From: an uncultured Lentisphaerales bacterium
GTDB lineage: Bacteria; Verrucomicrobiota; Lentisphaeria; JABSQK01; UBA12247
DNA length: 64,000 nucleotides
NCBI GenBank assembly: GCA_943788985.1
Contig: CALSSJ010000002.1
Coordinates: 81,001-145,000 of the forward strand
Direction: 5' to 3'
Shown: positions 42,391-51,300 of the stretch, one piece after another
Layout: the number at the start of each line of letters is the position of its first letter
Numbering within the stretch: the first letter of the stretch is position 1
Notes under the pieces: model-generated
The model's database searches: none
Seen by the model: only the letters and a program-made list of their open reading frames with translations
What the model was told of the DNA's origin: nothing
Made by a program: the position numbers and the translations under genes

Positions 42391-43066
42391 CTGGCGCAAG
42401 GGGCTGCAGGCAGTGATCATTAGTGACCTGCACCTGGGCTCGCCGCACACGAGAACGGAGCGGATTCTGGCCTTGCTGGACAAGCTGCCGCCGGGCGTGG
42501 AGCTGGTCTTGAATGGTGACACGCTGGATCGCTCGTCTGGGGAGATGTCGGACGAGCACCGAGTGGTTTCCGAGAGGCTGTTTGCTGAACGAAAGCTGCG
42601 GCCGTTGGTCTGGATCTGCGGAAACCATGATGTGCTGTTTCAGCCACCAGAGCTTGAGGTGCTGGAGACGTATCAGGTGAGCCCTGGCGTGATGGTGGCG
42701 CACGGGCACCATTTTCACGGCAGTTGCAAGTGGCTGCGGCCGTTCTTCCGCATTTGCAAAGCGCTCATCTGGCTGCGCACAAGCTGTCATGGCTCCGGCA
42801 TCCATCCGGCGGCATACGCCAAGCGATGGCCCACATTGTACAGCTGGCTGCGTAAGGAAGTGCGCGACAACGCGCGCAGGTTCGCCAAGGCGCAGGGCTG
42901 CGAGGTCATGATCTGCGGGCACGTGCACTTCTCGGAGGATTCGACGGCAGACGGCGTTCGCTATGTCAACTCTGGTGCCTGGACCGAGGACTCGACGCAC
43001 TGCGTACTGATCTATGAGCACCAGCGAACCGAGTTGGTCGAGGATCCGGACCTGGTGCTGGTCTGA
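42383..43066 (+). CDS. Calcineurin-like metallophosphoesterase (LpxH/LpxI-pathway UDP-2,3-diacylglucosamine hydrolase-like)
   Basis: SDLHLG, GD, GNHD, HG, GHVH and YVNSGAW motifs; GTG start overlapping the hflX end. Confidence 0.8.
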   Translation: MTDWRKGLQAVIISDLHLGSPHTRTERILALLDKLPPGVELVLNGDTLDRSSGEMSDEHRVVSERLFAERKLRPLVWICGNHDVLFQPPELEVLETYQVSPGVMVAHGHHFHGSCKWLRPFFRICKALIWLRTSCHGSGIHPAAYAKRWPTLYSWLRKEVRDNARRFAKAQGCEVMICGHVHFSEDSTADGVRYVNSGAWTEDSTHCVLIYEHQRTELVEDPDLVLV

Positions 43067-43111
43067 TGAGGTGGATAGCAGCCTTGTCCCGGCGCTATGT
43101 GCAGCGTCTCT

Positions 43112-44059
43112 CTACGTTTGCTCTCGTAAACAGCGCAAGCTGAACAACTTGCCGCCTTCTGGAAGCTCGCCGGTGCCATATCGTCGTTGCTTCGCCCGGT
43201 CTTCGCCGTACATCTCCGTCGCAACCTGCTGTACGAACAACTTGGAGCCGATTACGGCGCCATCTGTCCAATACCGAACACGACGCGAAGCCACCAACTG
43301 GATGGCTGGCTTTCGCTTCGCCTCGTCGTAGGCGGCCTTCACCGTATCACCCGTTGCGTCCTTTCGTGCAGCTTCCATCGTTCGGGCAATATCGGCCCGT
43401 AGCTCGTCTGCGACCTCCGCAACACTCCAGTGCCTAGCGCGCTCACCCAGGGAGCACTTGACGTATTTAAAGAACGCCCGTCCAAAGGGGTGCTTTCCTG
43501 AGCCGTTCCAGACACCCCAGCTGCAGAATCGATAGTCGGCGGGGTTCTCGACAATTCCGGCACGAACCGAGTTCAATTCGATGTACTTAATGCATGTCCA
43601 CAACGAAGCTTTTCCATCCAATAGCACGCTTTTGAAGCGATCAGCCCAGAGCCGACCGCGACGTGTGATCTTGCGCGTCCGATTGAACCAGATCGTGAAG
43701 CTCTGTTGTAGGTCACGAACCATGCAACTGAAGTCGATCATCCGTGCTCGGATCTCCTCAATATCGGGGACCTCTGCGTCGATCTGGCGTTTGCCCTCGT
43801 AGTAGCTGTTATAGCGGCGAACCGCCTCCTCCTCGCTCGGCAACGCACACGGCACATGAATCACTGCGTGCCAATGATTGCTCATTACCGTGTAGCTGAC
43901 TACCTCCACTGTGTAAAAGCGCTGCACTTTGTGCAGCAGCTTGACGAACATCTCCTGCTCGACAGGTCCGAACGGTCGATCCTGATGCGTGCCCGCCGTC
44001 CGATTCATTACGTGGTAGAATGCTCCACCACCTCGGTATTTGATGCGTGCAATTCTCAT
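43112..44059 (-). mobile_element. RAYT-type (REP-associated) Y1 HUH transposase
   Basis: FYHVMNR, VMSNHWH (HUH), LWADRFKS and YIELNSVRAGIV..PADYRFCS motifs. Confidence 0.88.
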
Positions 44060-44147
44060 TCCTTGGGTCTTCCCTATTGACCTTTACTCATTTCCTAAGT
44101 TATCCTCATCCCTGACTAAATCCATTCCTATTTTGTAATTAAAACCA

Positions 44148-44177
44148 TGTCCCTTAAAAGTTTGTCCCTTAAAAGTT
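44148..44177 (+). repeat. Perfect 15-bp tandem duplication upstream of the transposase
   Basis: TGTCCCTTAAAAGTT twice in direct succession. Confidence 0.9.
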
Positions 44178-44250
44178 GCTCATGCCAGAGCGGACCGGAT
44201 GACCGGATAACTGGTAATATCAGACTAGCGTCTGACGGGTAGGCGACGCA

Positions 44251-44583
44251 TCAGCAGTGAATTTCGAGTGCATACTTGAGAGCGACATCTAAAGCCTGGC
44301 GACGATGCTCAGGAAGTGTCGCCACAAATTCAGTCAGGCGCCGCTTGAAGAGAAAAATGAGGAAGTCACAGCGAACGGCGCTTGCATGGGGCAAACCATC
44401 TTCTGAACTGAGCACCAGTTCGCTGTGCAGGCCGAGGATTTGGCTGTAAATTGGCGCGCAGAAGACCGTTGAGATGTCCGGATTGGCCGCGATAAAAGTG
44501 CGTGAGATGAAGAGATAAAATCCAGGTTTATCGCCACGTTTCGAGATTCGTTCTGATGTGCGATAGATCTCGCCGCGTTTCAC
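44251..44583 (-). CDS. PemK/MazF family toxin
   Basis: MKRGEIY...K.PG...ISR..F...STVFCAPI...DGLPHASAVRCD...ALDVALKYAL. Confidence 0.82.
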   Translation of the reverse strand: MKRGEIYRTSERISKRGDKPGFYLFISRTFIAANPDISTVFCAPIYSQILGLHSELVLSSEDGLPHASAVRCDFLIFLFKRRLTEFVATLPEHRRQALDVALKYALEIHC

Positions 44584-44813
44584 AGCTCGGCCTGTTCGAC
44601 GACCAATGCAAGAGCTTATCGCTCAACCAACTCACGGTTTTCTCTCCAGATTCCCCGCTCTGCGGCTTCGAGTTGACGGGTTTCCGCTGCTTGGAGAAAC
44701 TCTCGCAATGCCTCCCGGACTAGAGCCGAACGGCTCTTGGATTGCTAACGCTTAATACAGGCATCCAATGCTAGCAGTATTGGCGTTTCAATAGTAATTG
44801 CAATGGTTTTCAT
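44580..44813 (-). pseudogene. Ribbon-helix-helix antitoxin with two in-frame stops
   Basis: MKTIAITIETPILLALDACIKR*QSKSRSALVREALREFL...RELVER*ALALVVEQAEL*; the final TGA overlaps the toxin GTG. Confidence 0.82.
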
Positions 44814-44940
44814 ATTGTAGCTGTATTGACTAATGAGGAGATTTGCAAGGTTTTTACTTGCTTGGGATCCAGGCATCCAGGCATAGGCGGGGCAAAAGCA
44901 GGCGCAACCCAATGCGTCGTCCCTACCCCTATTTAGGTGC

Positions 44941-46914
44941 TCAGCGGGGAGGCGCGCCGGGGAATTGTTGGGGATCGGGTGTGTGCAGTTGCCCGTAGAG
45001 GGCTTTGAGGCGGACACGGATGGTCTCGGCGGGGGCAAGCTGATAGGCGCGTTCGAGGACACGACAGGCTTGCTGGTACAGGCCTTGCTGATAGTACATG
45101 ACGGAGGCGTCGCCGAGGAGGGAGGTGTCGTCGGGGGTAAGGGCAAGGGCTTTCTCGAAGTGAAACCGGGCTTTGGCTGGATCGGGCATGGTCTGGACGT
45201 AAACCATGCCGACGCGCCGGTGGCCGATGGAAGCAAAGAGGGGGTTAGGGTGCTCGGTAGTTGCTTTGTGAGCAGCGAGGTAGAGGTCGGTGTTCTTGGC
45301 CTCCCAAGCCCTGTCGGCCATGACTTGGAGGTTGTTGCGCGCGTTCTCGCTGGTGGACGTGAAGGCAAAGCAGCGTTTGAAGGCGGCGATGGATTCGGGG
45401 TAGCGCTGGTCTTCGTAGTAAGCGTTAGCCAGACCAAACCAGGCTGGGCCATATGCGGGGTAGAGTTCGACGGAGCGTTCGAGGCAGGTATAGGCATCGT
45501 CGAGCCAGACGCGCTTCTGGTCTGCAGACTCCGCAGACTCGGCCGCGGCGATGAGTGCGGCTCCGGCGATCATCTGCATGCGGGCGCTATTGGTGGAGAC
45601 GTGGCGATCGGCCATGGCAAGGGTGAAATCGTCGCGCCAATTGAGGGTGCGGGCAAAGGTGAGGCCGGCGAAGAGGACGGCTACGAGGATGGCAAGGGCG
45701 ACGCCGAGCTTGCGGTTGTTTGCGGAGTTCGCAGCGAGTATGCGGCTGAGCCCGAGGGCTGCGATCATCGCAAAGCCGAGCGATGGGATGTAGACGAACC
45801 GCTCGCTCATAAAGGCGCCGATGGGAAAGACGAGGTTGGAGACGAGAACGAAGGTGAGCGCATAGAAGGCGATGGCACCGGGAATGATTTTTTGGCCCGC
45901 GCGCAGGAGGACGATGGCGGTGCCAATGAGGCTGGCGTGGAGGGCGGTGGAGAACAGGGCGCGGAGGTCGCCCAAGTTTAGGATTGGGATGTGGAAGGGG
46001 TAGTAGTCGTGGGTAAGCGGATAGGGGAGGACGAGTAGCTTGAGGTAGATGAGCCAGGTGTAGGCGACGGTGGCGAAGCGCTGGCCGGTGGAGGCGTGCA
46101 GAAAGGGGTCGTTCATGATGTCTTGGTGCTCGATGCTCTCGGGGATGCCGAGGATAGCGAGGCGCAGGGCGACGTAGGCGATGCTGGCGAGCAGTATCGG
46201 AAGGGCGACGCGAATGGCTTCGCCGCGAGTCTTCACGCGGCCGCAAAGGTAGAGCAGGAGGGGGCCGGCAACGACGAACGAAACGGGGGTTTCTTTGGCC
46301 AGCAGGGCGAGAAAGAGGACGCAGCCGGAGCCGATGGACCACCAGTGCGAAGATTTGCGGAGTCCGCAAACCGCAAGCGCTAGGGCGGATAGGGCGAGGA
46401 GTAGGCAGAGGAGTTCGTCGCGACTTTTGATGTTTGCGACGACTTCGGTGTGAAGTGGGTGAAGGGCAAAGACGGCGGCGGTGAGAAAGGGCCAGGAGCG
46501 CCACCAACTGCCGCTCGTCTGGGTGGCGAAGAGCCAGTAGATCAGCAGAATGGTGAGGGCGTAGAGCAGGACGTTACTGGCGTGCTGAAGGTGAGGCAGG
46601 GCCGCGGAGTTGCCGAAGAGTTGGGATTCGATGGCGAAGGTTGCGAGGGTGAGGGGGCGGTAGCGCCCACCGGAAACGCGATTGCGCTCGCTGCCAAAGT
46701 AGCCGGTGAAGAGTTCGGTGGTGAAGATGTCGGGCAGCCCGGAAAAGCCTTGGGCGGTGAAGGTGTTGCCGGTGATGTAGATCTTGTCGTCCATGGCGTA
46801 GCCGAAGGTGACGCTGATCCCATAGAGGGCGAGAGTGCCGAGCACCAGGACAAGACAGGGGACCCGGTGCAGGCGCAGCCACGGCGGGCTAGCTGAGCGC
46901 TTGCGTTTTTTCAT
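44941..46914 (-). CDS. TMTC-like GT-C membrane glycosyltransferase with C-terminal TPRs
   Basis: MDD, YRPL, HPLHTEVVANI, KE and ERFVYIPS motifs, followed by TPRs. Confidence 0.85.
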   Translation of the reverse strand: MKKRKRSASPPWLRLHRVPCLVLVLGTLALYGISVTFGYAMDDKIYITGNTFTAQGFSGLPDIFTTELFTGYFGSERNRVSGGRYRPLTLATFAIESQLFGNSAALPHLQHASNVLLYALTILLIYWLFATQTSGSWWRSWPFLTAAVFALHPLHTEVVANIKSRDELLCLLLALSALALAVCGLRKSSHWWSIGSGCVLFLALLAKETPVSFVVAGPLLLYLCGRVKTRGEAIRVALPILLASIAYVALRLAILGIPESIEHQDIMNDPFLHASTGQRFATVAYTWLIYLKLLVLPYPLTHDYYPFHIPILNLGDLRALFSTALHASLIGTAIVLLRAGQKIIPGAIAFYALTFVLVSNLVFPIGAFMSERFVYIPSLGFAMIAALGLSRILAANSANNRKLGVALAILVAVLFAGLTFARTLNWRDDFTLAMADRHVSTNSARMQMIAGAALIAAAESAESADQKRVWLDDAYTCLERSVELYPAYGPAWFGLANAYYEDQRYPESIAAFKRCFAFTSTSENARNNLQVMADRAWEAKNTDLYLAAHKATTEHPNPLFASIGHRRVGMVYVQTMPDPAKARFHFEKALALTPDDTSLLGDASVMYYQQGLYQQACRVLERAYQLAPAETIRVRLKALYGQLHTPDPQQFPGAPPR

Positions 46915-47486
46915 GGCTGGGGCCGGGCCTTGAGGAAGTGTACGACGGTGTCGCCGTAGCGCTTCTCGCGGAGGACCTGCCAGGGGGAGTTGGCCAGCAG
47001 TGGCAGTGGATTGTGGCGGGAGCGCTCTACGACCCAGACGCCATCGCCGAGCCAGATTTGAAAGGGGGGGGCGTTGAGCAGGGTCTGGATCGGGCAGTCG
47101 CCGTCGGGAAAGTAGGGGGCGTCGGCGAGGACGATGTCTGGGGTGTTGGCGGGCAGGAGATGGGCGGCGCGGGTGGCATCGCCGACGATAACTCGCCAGT
47201 CGATGCGCTCTTGAATGCGAGCGGCGACGTTTTCCAGATTACGCTTGACAAGGTTGGTATATTTTCGGTCCTTCTCAATGGCGATGACGGTGGTGGCACC
47301 GCGGCTGAGTGCTTCGGCCCCGAGGGCACCACTGCCGCTGAAGAGGTCGACGACAGTGGTGCCGGCGAGATTGCCAAGGGCGGAGAAGATGGCTTCTTTG
47401 ACGCGATCTGTGGTCGGGCGGATGGCGTCGCGATCTCGGGGCGCATCGAGCTGCATGCCGCGGGCAATTCCGGAAATGATTCTCAT
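46911..47486 (-). CDS. rsmD: 16S rRNA m2G966 methyltransferase
   Basis: MRIISG, RPTTDRVKEAIF, DLFSGSGALGAEALSRGA and DAPY motifs. Confidence 0.92.
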   Translation of the reverse strand: MRIISGIARGMQLDAPRDRDAIRPTTDRVKEAIFSALGNLAGTTVVDLFSGSGALGAEALSRGATTVIAIEKDRKYTNLVKRNLENVAARIQERIDWRVIVGDATRAAHLLPANTPDIVLADAPYFPDGDCPIQTLLNAPPFQIWLGDGVWVVERSRHNPLPLLANSPWQVLREKRYGDTVVHFLKARPQP

Positions 47487-47487
47487 G

Positions 47488-48390
47488 CTAGAACTTGGTC
47501 TTTCTGCTGGTTAGAAATCGCCTGAGCGGGACGTCGAATTGCTCGGAGGTGTCGAAGGCCAGATGGCCGATGCCGAGGTCACGGCAGAGGGTGGCGACGG
47601 CGTCGATCTGCTCTTGGATAACGGCTTGGTAGGTCTCGCGCACGTCGTCGCCGACGGCTTTGACGGAGATAGAGGCATCTTCGGTGTCGGAGAAGCGAAT
47701 GGTGCCGCCGAAGGGGAGGGTGAGTTCGGCGTGGTCGAGGATCTGGAAGACGATGATGTCATGGCGGCGGAAGCTGAGGCGTTCGAGGCCGGCGGCGAGG
47801 GCGCTGGGTTCTTCGAGGAAGTCGGAGAGGACGATGATCATGCCACGGTGACAAATCAGGCCGCTGATGGCGGCTGCGGCTTTGCTGAAGTTGGTGGACG
47901 CGACGGGCTCGACGCTGGCGAGTTGGCCGATGATGCCGGCGAGCTGTCGCGAGCTGCTGCGTGGTTTGACGTAGGACTTTACGGTCTCGTCAAAGGTGGC
48001 CAGGCCGACGCTGTCTTGCTGGCGCAAGAGTAGATAGCTGATGGCGGCGGCGAGGGAGATGCAGTAGTCGAGCTTGGAGACTGCGGCGTCATCATAGCGA
48101 TAGGCCATGGAACGACTGATGTCGACGATGAGGGTGCAGTCGACGTTGTTCTGGGCCTCGAACTTCTTGACGAAGAGCTTTTCGGTTTTGGCGTAGGCAT
48201 TCCAGTCGATGGTCTTGGGCTCATCGCCAGCGATGTACTTGCGATGCTCAGAGAATTCTGTGCTGAAGCCGTGAAATGGGCTGCGATGGAGGCCGGAGAG
48301 AAAGCCTTCGACGATGCATTGCGCCTGGAGGTCCAGCCGGGAGATGGAGCTGAGGACTTCGGGTTTGAGATATTCTGCGATTGCGGGCAT
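47488..48390 (-). CDS. DUF58 (vWA-like, MoxR-associated) protein
   Basis: GLHRSPFHGFSTEFSEHRKY..GD..IDW and VLSDF motifs; ATG overlaps the trkH stop. Confidence 0.9.
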   Translation of the reverse strand: MPAIAEYLKPEVLSSISRLDLQAQCIVEGFLSGLHRSPFHGFSTEFSEHRKYIAGDEPKTIDWNAYAKTEKLFVKKFEAQNNVDCTLIVDISRSMAYRYDDAAVSKLDYCISLAAAISYLLLRQQDSVGLATFDETVKSYVKPRSSSRQLAGIIGQLASVEPVASTNFSKAAAAISGLICHRGMIIVLSDFLEEPSALAAGLERLSFRRHDIIVFQILDHAELTLPFGGTIRFSDTEDASISVKAVGDDVRETYQAVIQEQIDAVATLCRDLGIGHLAFDTSEQFDVPLRRFLTSRKTKF

Positions 48391-49871
48391 CAGCGTCGCC
48401 AGAATTTCGGGAGGAAGAGGACGACGACTGTATAGACTTCGAGGCGACCGACAAGCATGGCTAGGATGAGCATGAGCTTGGTGTGAGGAGCAAACCAAGA
48501 AAAGTTTTGGGTGGCACCGACTTTTCCGAGGCCCGGGCCGATGTTTCCGAGGGTGGCGATGGAGGCGCTAAGGGCGGTCTCGAGCGGGTGGGCATCGATT
48601 CCTGCGACGGGGGTGGCGAGGTTGGGCTCGAAGGCGCAGATCGCGAGGGTGAGGGCGAAGAAGATGGAGACGAAGATGAAGAAGAAGCCAAGGATCTTGG
48701 CCATGATCGAGGCGCTGACGCCCTGGCCGTTGAGCTGCAGGTTCGCGACGGCGCGCGGGTAGATGCTCTGGGTGAGCTGGCCGACGGCGTATTTCACCAG
48801 CAGCAGGATTCGGGAGACTTTGATGCCGCCGCCGGTGGAGCCGCCGCAGCCGCCAACAAACATCAGGAGCAGGAGCAGGCAGCGGGCATACGGGGGCCAG
48901 ATGTCGAAGTTTTCGGTGCAGAAGCCGGTGGTGGTGATGACGGATACGGTGGTGAAGGCGCTGTGCCGCAGAATGGTGGCGAGGTCGCGGTCATAGAAGT
49001 TTCCGATGTAAAGGAATAGCCCGATGGTGACGACACCGGTGGCGATCGCGGCAAAGTAGGCACGAAATTCTTCGTCCTTGAAGTAGAAGAGGGGGCGCCC
49101 TCTGAGGGCACGGAGGTGAAGGACGAAGTTTACACCTGCGAGAAACATGAAGACGGTGACGACGCCATCGACGTAGGCGCTGTCAAAGAAGGCCAGGCTG
49201 GTGTTGCGGGTGGAGAAACCACCGGTGGCGAGAGTACCGCAGGTGTGACACCAGGCGTCGAAGAGGCTCATTTTGGGGAGCAGTAGCAGGGTCTCGGCAA
49301 CGGTGAGCAGCAGGTAGATGCCCCACAGGTACTTGGCGGTAGTGGTGATGCGCGGGGCCAGCTGATCGCTGGTCGGGCCGGGAGCTTCGGCGCGATACAG
49401 CTGCATGCCGCCAATGCCGAGGATGGGCATGATGGCGAGAGAGAGGACGACGATGCCCATACCGCCGAGCCAATGCGTCATGCTGCGCCAATAGAGCAGG
49501 CAGTAGGGCAGGGCTTCGATATCGGTCAGGATGCTCGCGCCAGTGGTGGAAAAGCCGGACATGGTCTCGAAAACGCCGTCGATCAAGGAGAGGTCTGCGT
49601 CCCAGACGAACGGGAGCGCCCCGAACAGCGAGGAGGCAATCCAGCCAAAGGTGACGACGCCAAACCCTTCGCGAAAGCCAAGGTCGGTGCTACGGCAGAA
49701 CCAGACGGCGATGCCGCCAGCCAGCATGGTGATGACCGCTGAGGAGAGAACGCCGAAGCATTGCTCGACCGAGTCTCCCATCATCAGCCCGACGGGAAAG
49801 GCGGTGGACATGGTGGCGCCGACTACAAGCAGAATGCCGCCTACGCAGCGTAGAACAACGTTCGCATTCAT
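48390..49871 (-). CDS. trkH: Trk potassium uptake membrane subunit
   Basis: [36 protein letters not shown] and GNIGPG motifs. Confidence 0.95.
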   Translation of the reverse strand: MNANVVLRCVGGILLVVGATMSTAFPVGLMMGDSVEQCFGVLSSAVITMLAGGIAVWFCRSTDLGFREGFGVVTFGWIASSLFGALPFVWDADLSLIDGVFETMSGFSTTGASILTDIEALPYCLLYWRSMTHWLGGMGIVVLSLAIMPILGIGGMQLYRAEAPGPTSDQLAPRITTTAKYLWGIYLLLTVAETLLLLPKMSLFDAWCHTCGTLATGGFSTRNTSLAFFDSAYVDGVVTVFMFLAGVNFVLHLRALRGRPLFYFKDEEFRAYFAAIATGVVTIGLFLYIGNFYDRDLATILRHSAFTTVSVITTTGFCTENFDIWPPYARCLLLLLMFVGGCGGSTGGGIKVSRILLLVKYAVGQLTQSIYPRAVANLQLNGQGVSASIMAKILGFFFIFVSIFFALTLAICAFEPNLATPVAGIDAHPLETALSASIATLGNIGPGLGKVGATQNFSWFAPHTKLMLILAMLVGRLEVYTVVVLFLPKFWRR

Positions 49872-49878
49872 GGCGTGG

Positions 49879-51249
49879 TTACTTCTTCCTAGCGGGCCCG
49901 CACAGCAACTTCTCGACCTGTGGGATGGCGTTATGGTGGAGGAGCACGCAGACGCGGTCGCGCTCGCGGATGGTTTCGCTACCGATGGCGGGGACCAAGT
50001 CATCGCCGCGGAAAATCAGAGCCAGGACGATGTCGTTCGGAATCTTCAGGTCGGCGATGCGTTTGCCGGCCGCGGGTGCGTTGTTGTCTACGACAAATTC
50101 GACGACTTCGGCGGGTACGCGTTTGAGCACTGCGGCGGTCTGGCGGCGGTCACTGGGGACGCATTTGATGAGCGCGTTGATGGCTGCGATGAGCGGGCTG
50201 AAGCCGCAGTCAATGAGGTTGATGCCAGCGATGACTTGCATGTAATCCAGGTTCTGGGTGCTGGCGATGACTTTCTTGGCACCGAGGCGCTTGGCCAGGA
50301 TGCAGCTCATCATGTTGCTCTCATTGTCGGCCTGAAGGCCGATAAAGGCGTCACAGGCGTCGATGCCAGCTTCTCGCAGCGCACCGGAGTCGGTGGACTG
50401 TGCTTGGATGACGAGGGTGCGGTTGCCGAGGGTGGCTGCAGCTTGGGCAGCGAGGCGCTCATCTGGCTCGATCAGGGTGACGCGTATATCCAGCGGGCGG
50501 AGCATGTCGGTGAGCATGAAGCCGAGTTGGGTGGCCCCGGCGATGATGACGCGGCCCACGGCGGTTTCGAGCGGGTCTGCCCACTCGATCAGCTCTTCGA
50601 TCATGGTCTGGGCCCCGGCGACATAGAGTTCATCGCGGGCGGAAAAAGTGGTCTGCCCGTGGGGGATGATCATTTGCCCGTAGCGGAGGATAGCGCAGAA
50701 ACGCAACTGCTCGAGCATTTCTGGATGGGGAAAGTTGGCGAGATTGGCGCCAATGATGGGGGAGCCGGATTTGATCTGGAAGTTCACGATCTGCGCGTCG
50801 GGATGGCTGAGCCGCACGGTTTCTTTGACCTGCGGGTGAATGAGGGCATCGATGATGTTCGAGGCGCATTCGAGTTCGGTGATGATCTGCTCATCGACGC
50901 CGACGACGGCGGCGGTGACGCCTTCGGCAATGCTGTCGAAATGATCGGCGCGGCGAACGCGGGCGATGGTTTTGGCGACGCCGGCGTGTTTTGCCAAGAC
51001 GCAGGCGAGAATGTTTACCTCGCTGCGGCCAGTGACGGCGAGGAGGAGGTCTGTCTGGTCGATACCGGCGCGATGGAGGCAGGACATGGTGCTGCCGTCG
51101 CCAGTGACGGTCATGACGTCCAATGAGTCTTTGAGTTGCTCTAGGAGAGCACCGTTGCGGTCGATAACGACAACATCGTTGCGGGCTTCGCAAAGAATGC
51201 GGGCCATTTCGGTCCCAACGTCTCCTACCCCTATGATCAGAACACGCAT
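49879..51249 (-). CDS. trkA: Trk potassium uptake NAD-binding subunit
   Basis: Two RCK domains; IIGVGDVG. Confidence 0.93.
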   Translation of the reverse strand: MRVLIIGVGDVGTEMARILCEARNDVVVIDRNGALLEQLKDSLDVMTVTGDGSTMSCLHRAGIDQTDLLLAVTGRSEVNILACVLAKHAGVAKTIARVRRADHFDSIAEGVTAAVVGVDEQIITELECASNIIDALIHPQVKETVRLSHPDAQIVNFQIKSGSPIIGANLANFPHPEMLEQLRFCAILRYGQMIIPHGQTTFSARDELYVAGAQTMIEELIEWADPLETAVGRVIIAGATQLGFMLTDMLRPLDIRVTLIEPDERLAAQAAATLGNRTLVIQAQSTDSGALREAGIDACDAFIGLQADNESNMMSCILAKRLGAKKVIASTQNLDYMQVIAGINLIDCGFSPLIAAINALIKCVPSDRRQTAAVLKRVPAEVVEFVVDNNAPAAGKRIADLKIPNDIVLALIFRGDDLVPAIGSETIRERDRVCVLLHHNAIPQVEKLLCGPARKK

Positions 51250-51300
51250 CGTCTGCTCCGCGCTACGAGGTTATGGTCAGGCTCGCCTGAATGATCCAGG

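Noticed and set aside
41089..42522. 477-aa minus-strand ORF
   Set aside because: Antisense shadow of hflX, typical of GC-rich DNA; no motifs.
23470..44813. Intact integrative element anchored at tRNA-Leu
   Set aside because: No integrase and no duplicated tRNA 3' end were found by eye, and core genes (thrC, iscA, nfu, hflX) lie within the interval.
10394..46369. Iterated palindrome as REP elements of the RAYT transposase
   Set aside because: The copies are mostly intragenic, lack a GTAG-type foot and a longer hairpin, and do not flank the transposase. Not formally excluded.
49531..51126. 531-aa plus-strand ORF
   Set aside because: Antisense to trkA/trkH; no recognisable domain.
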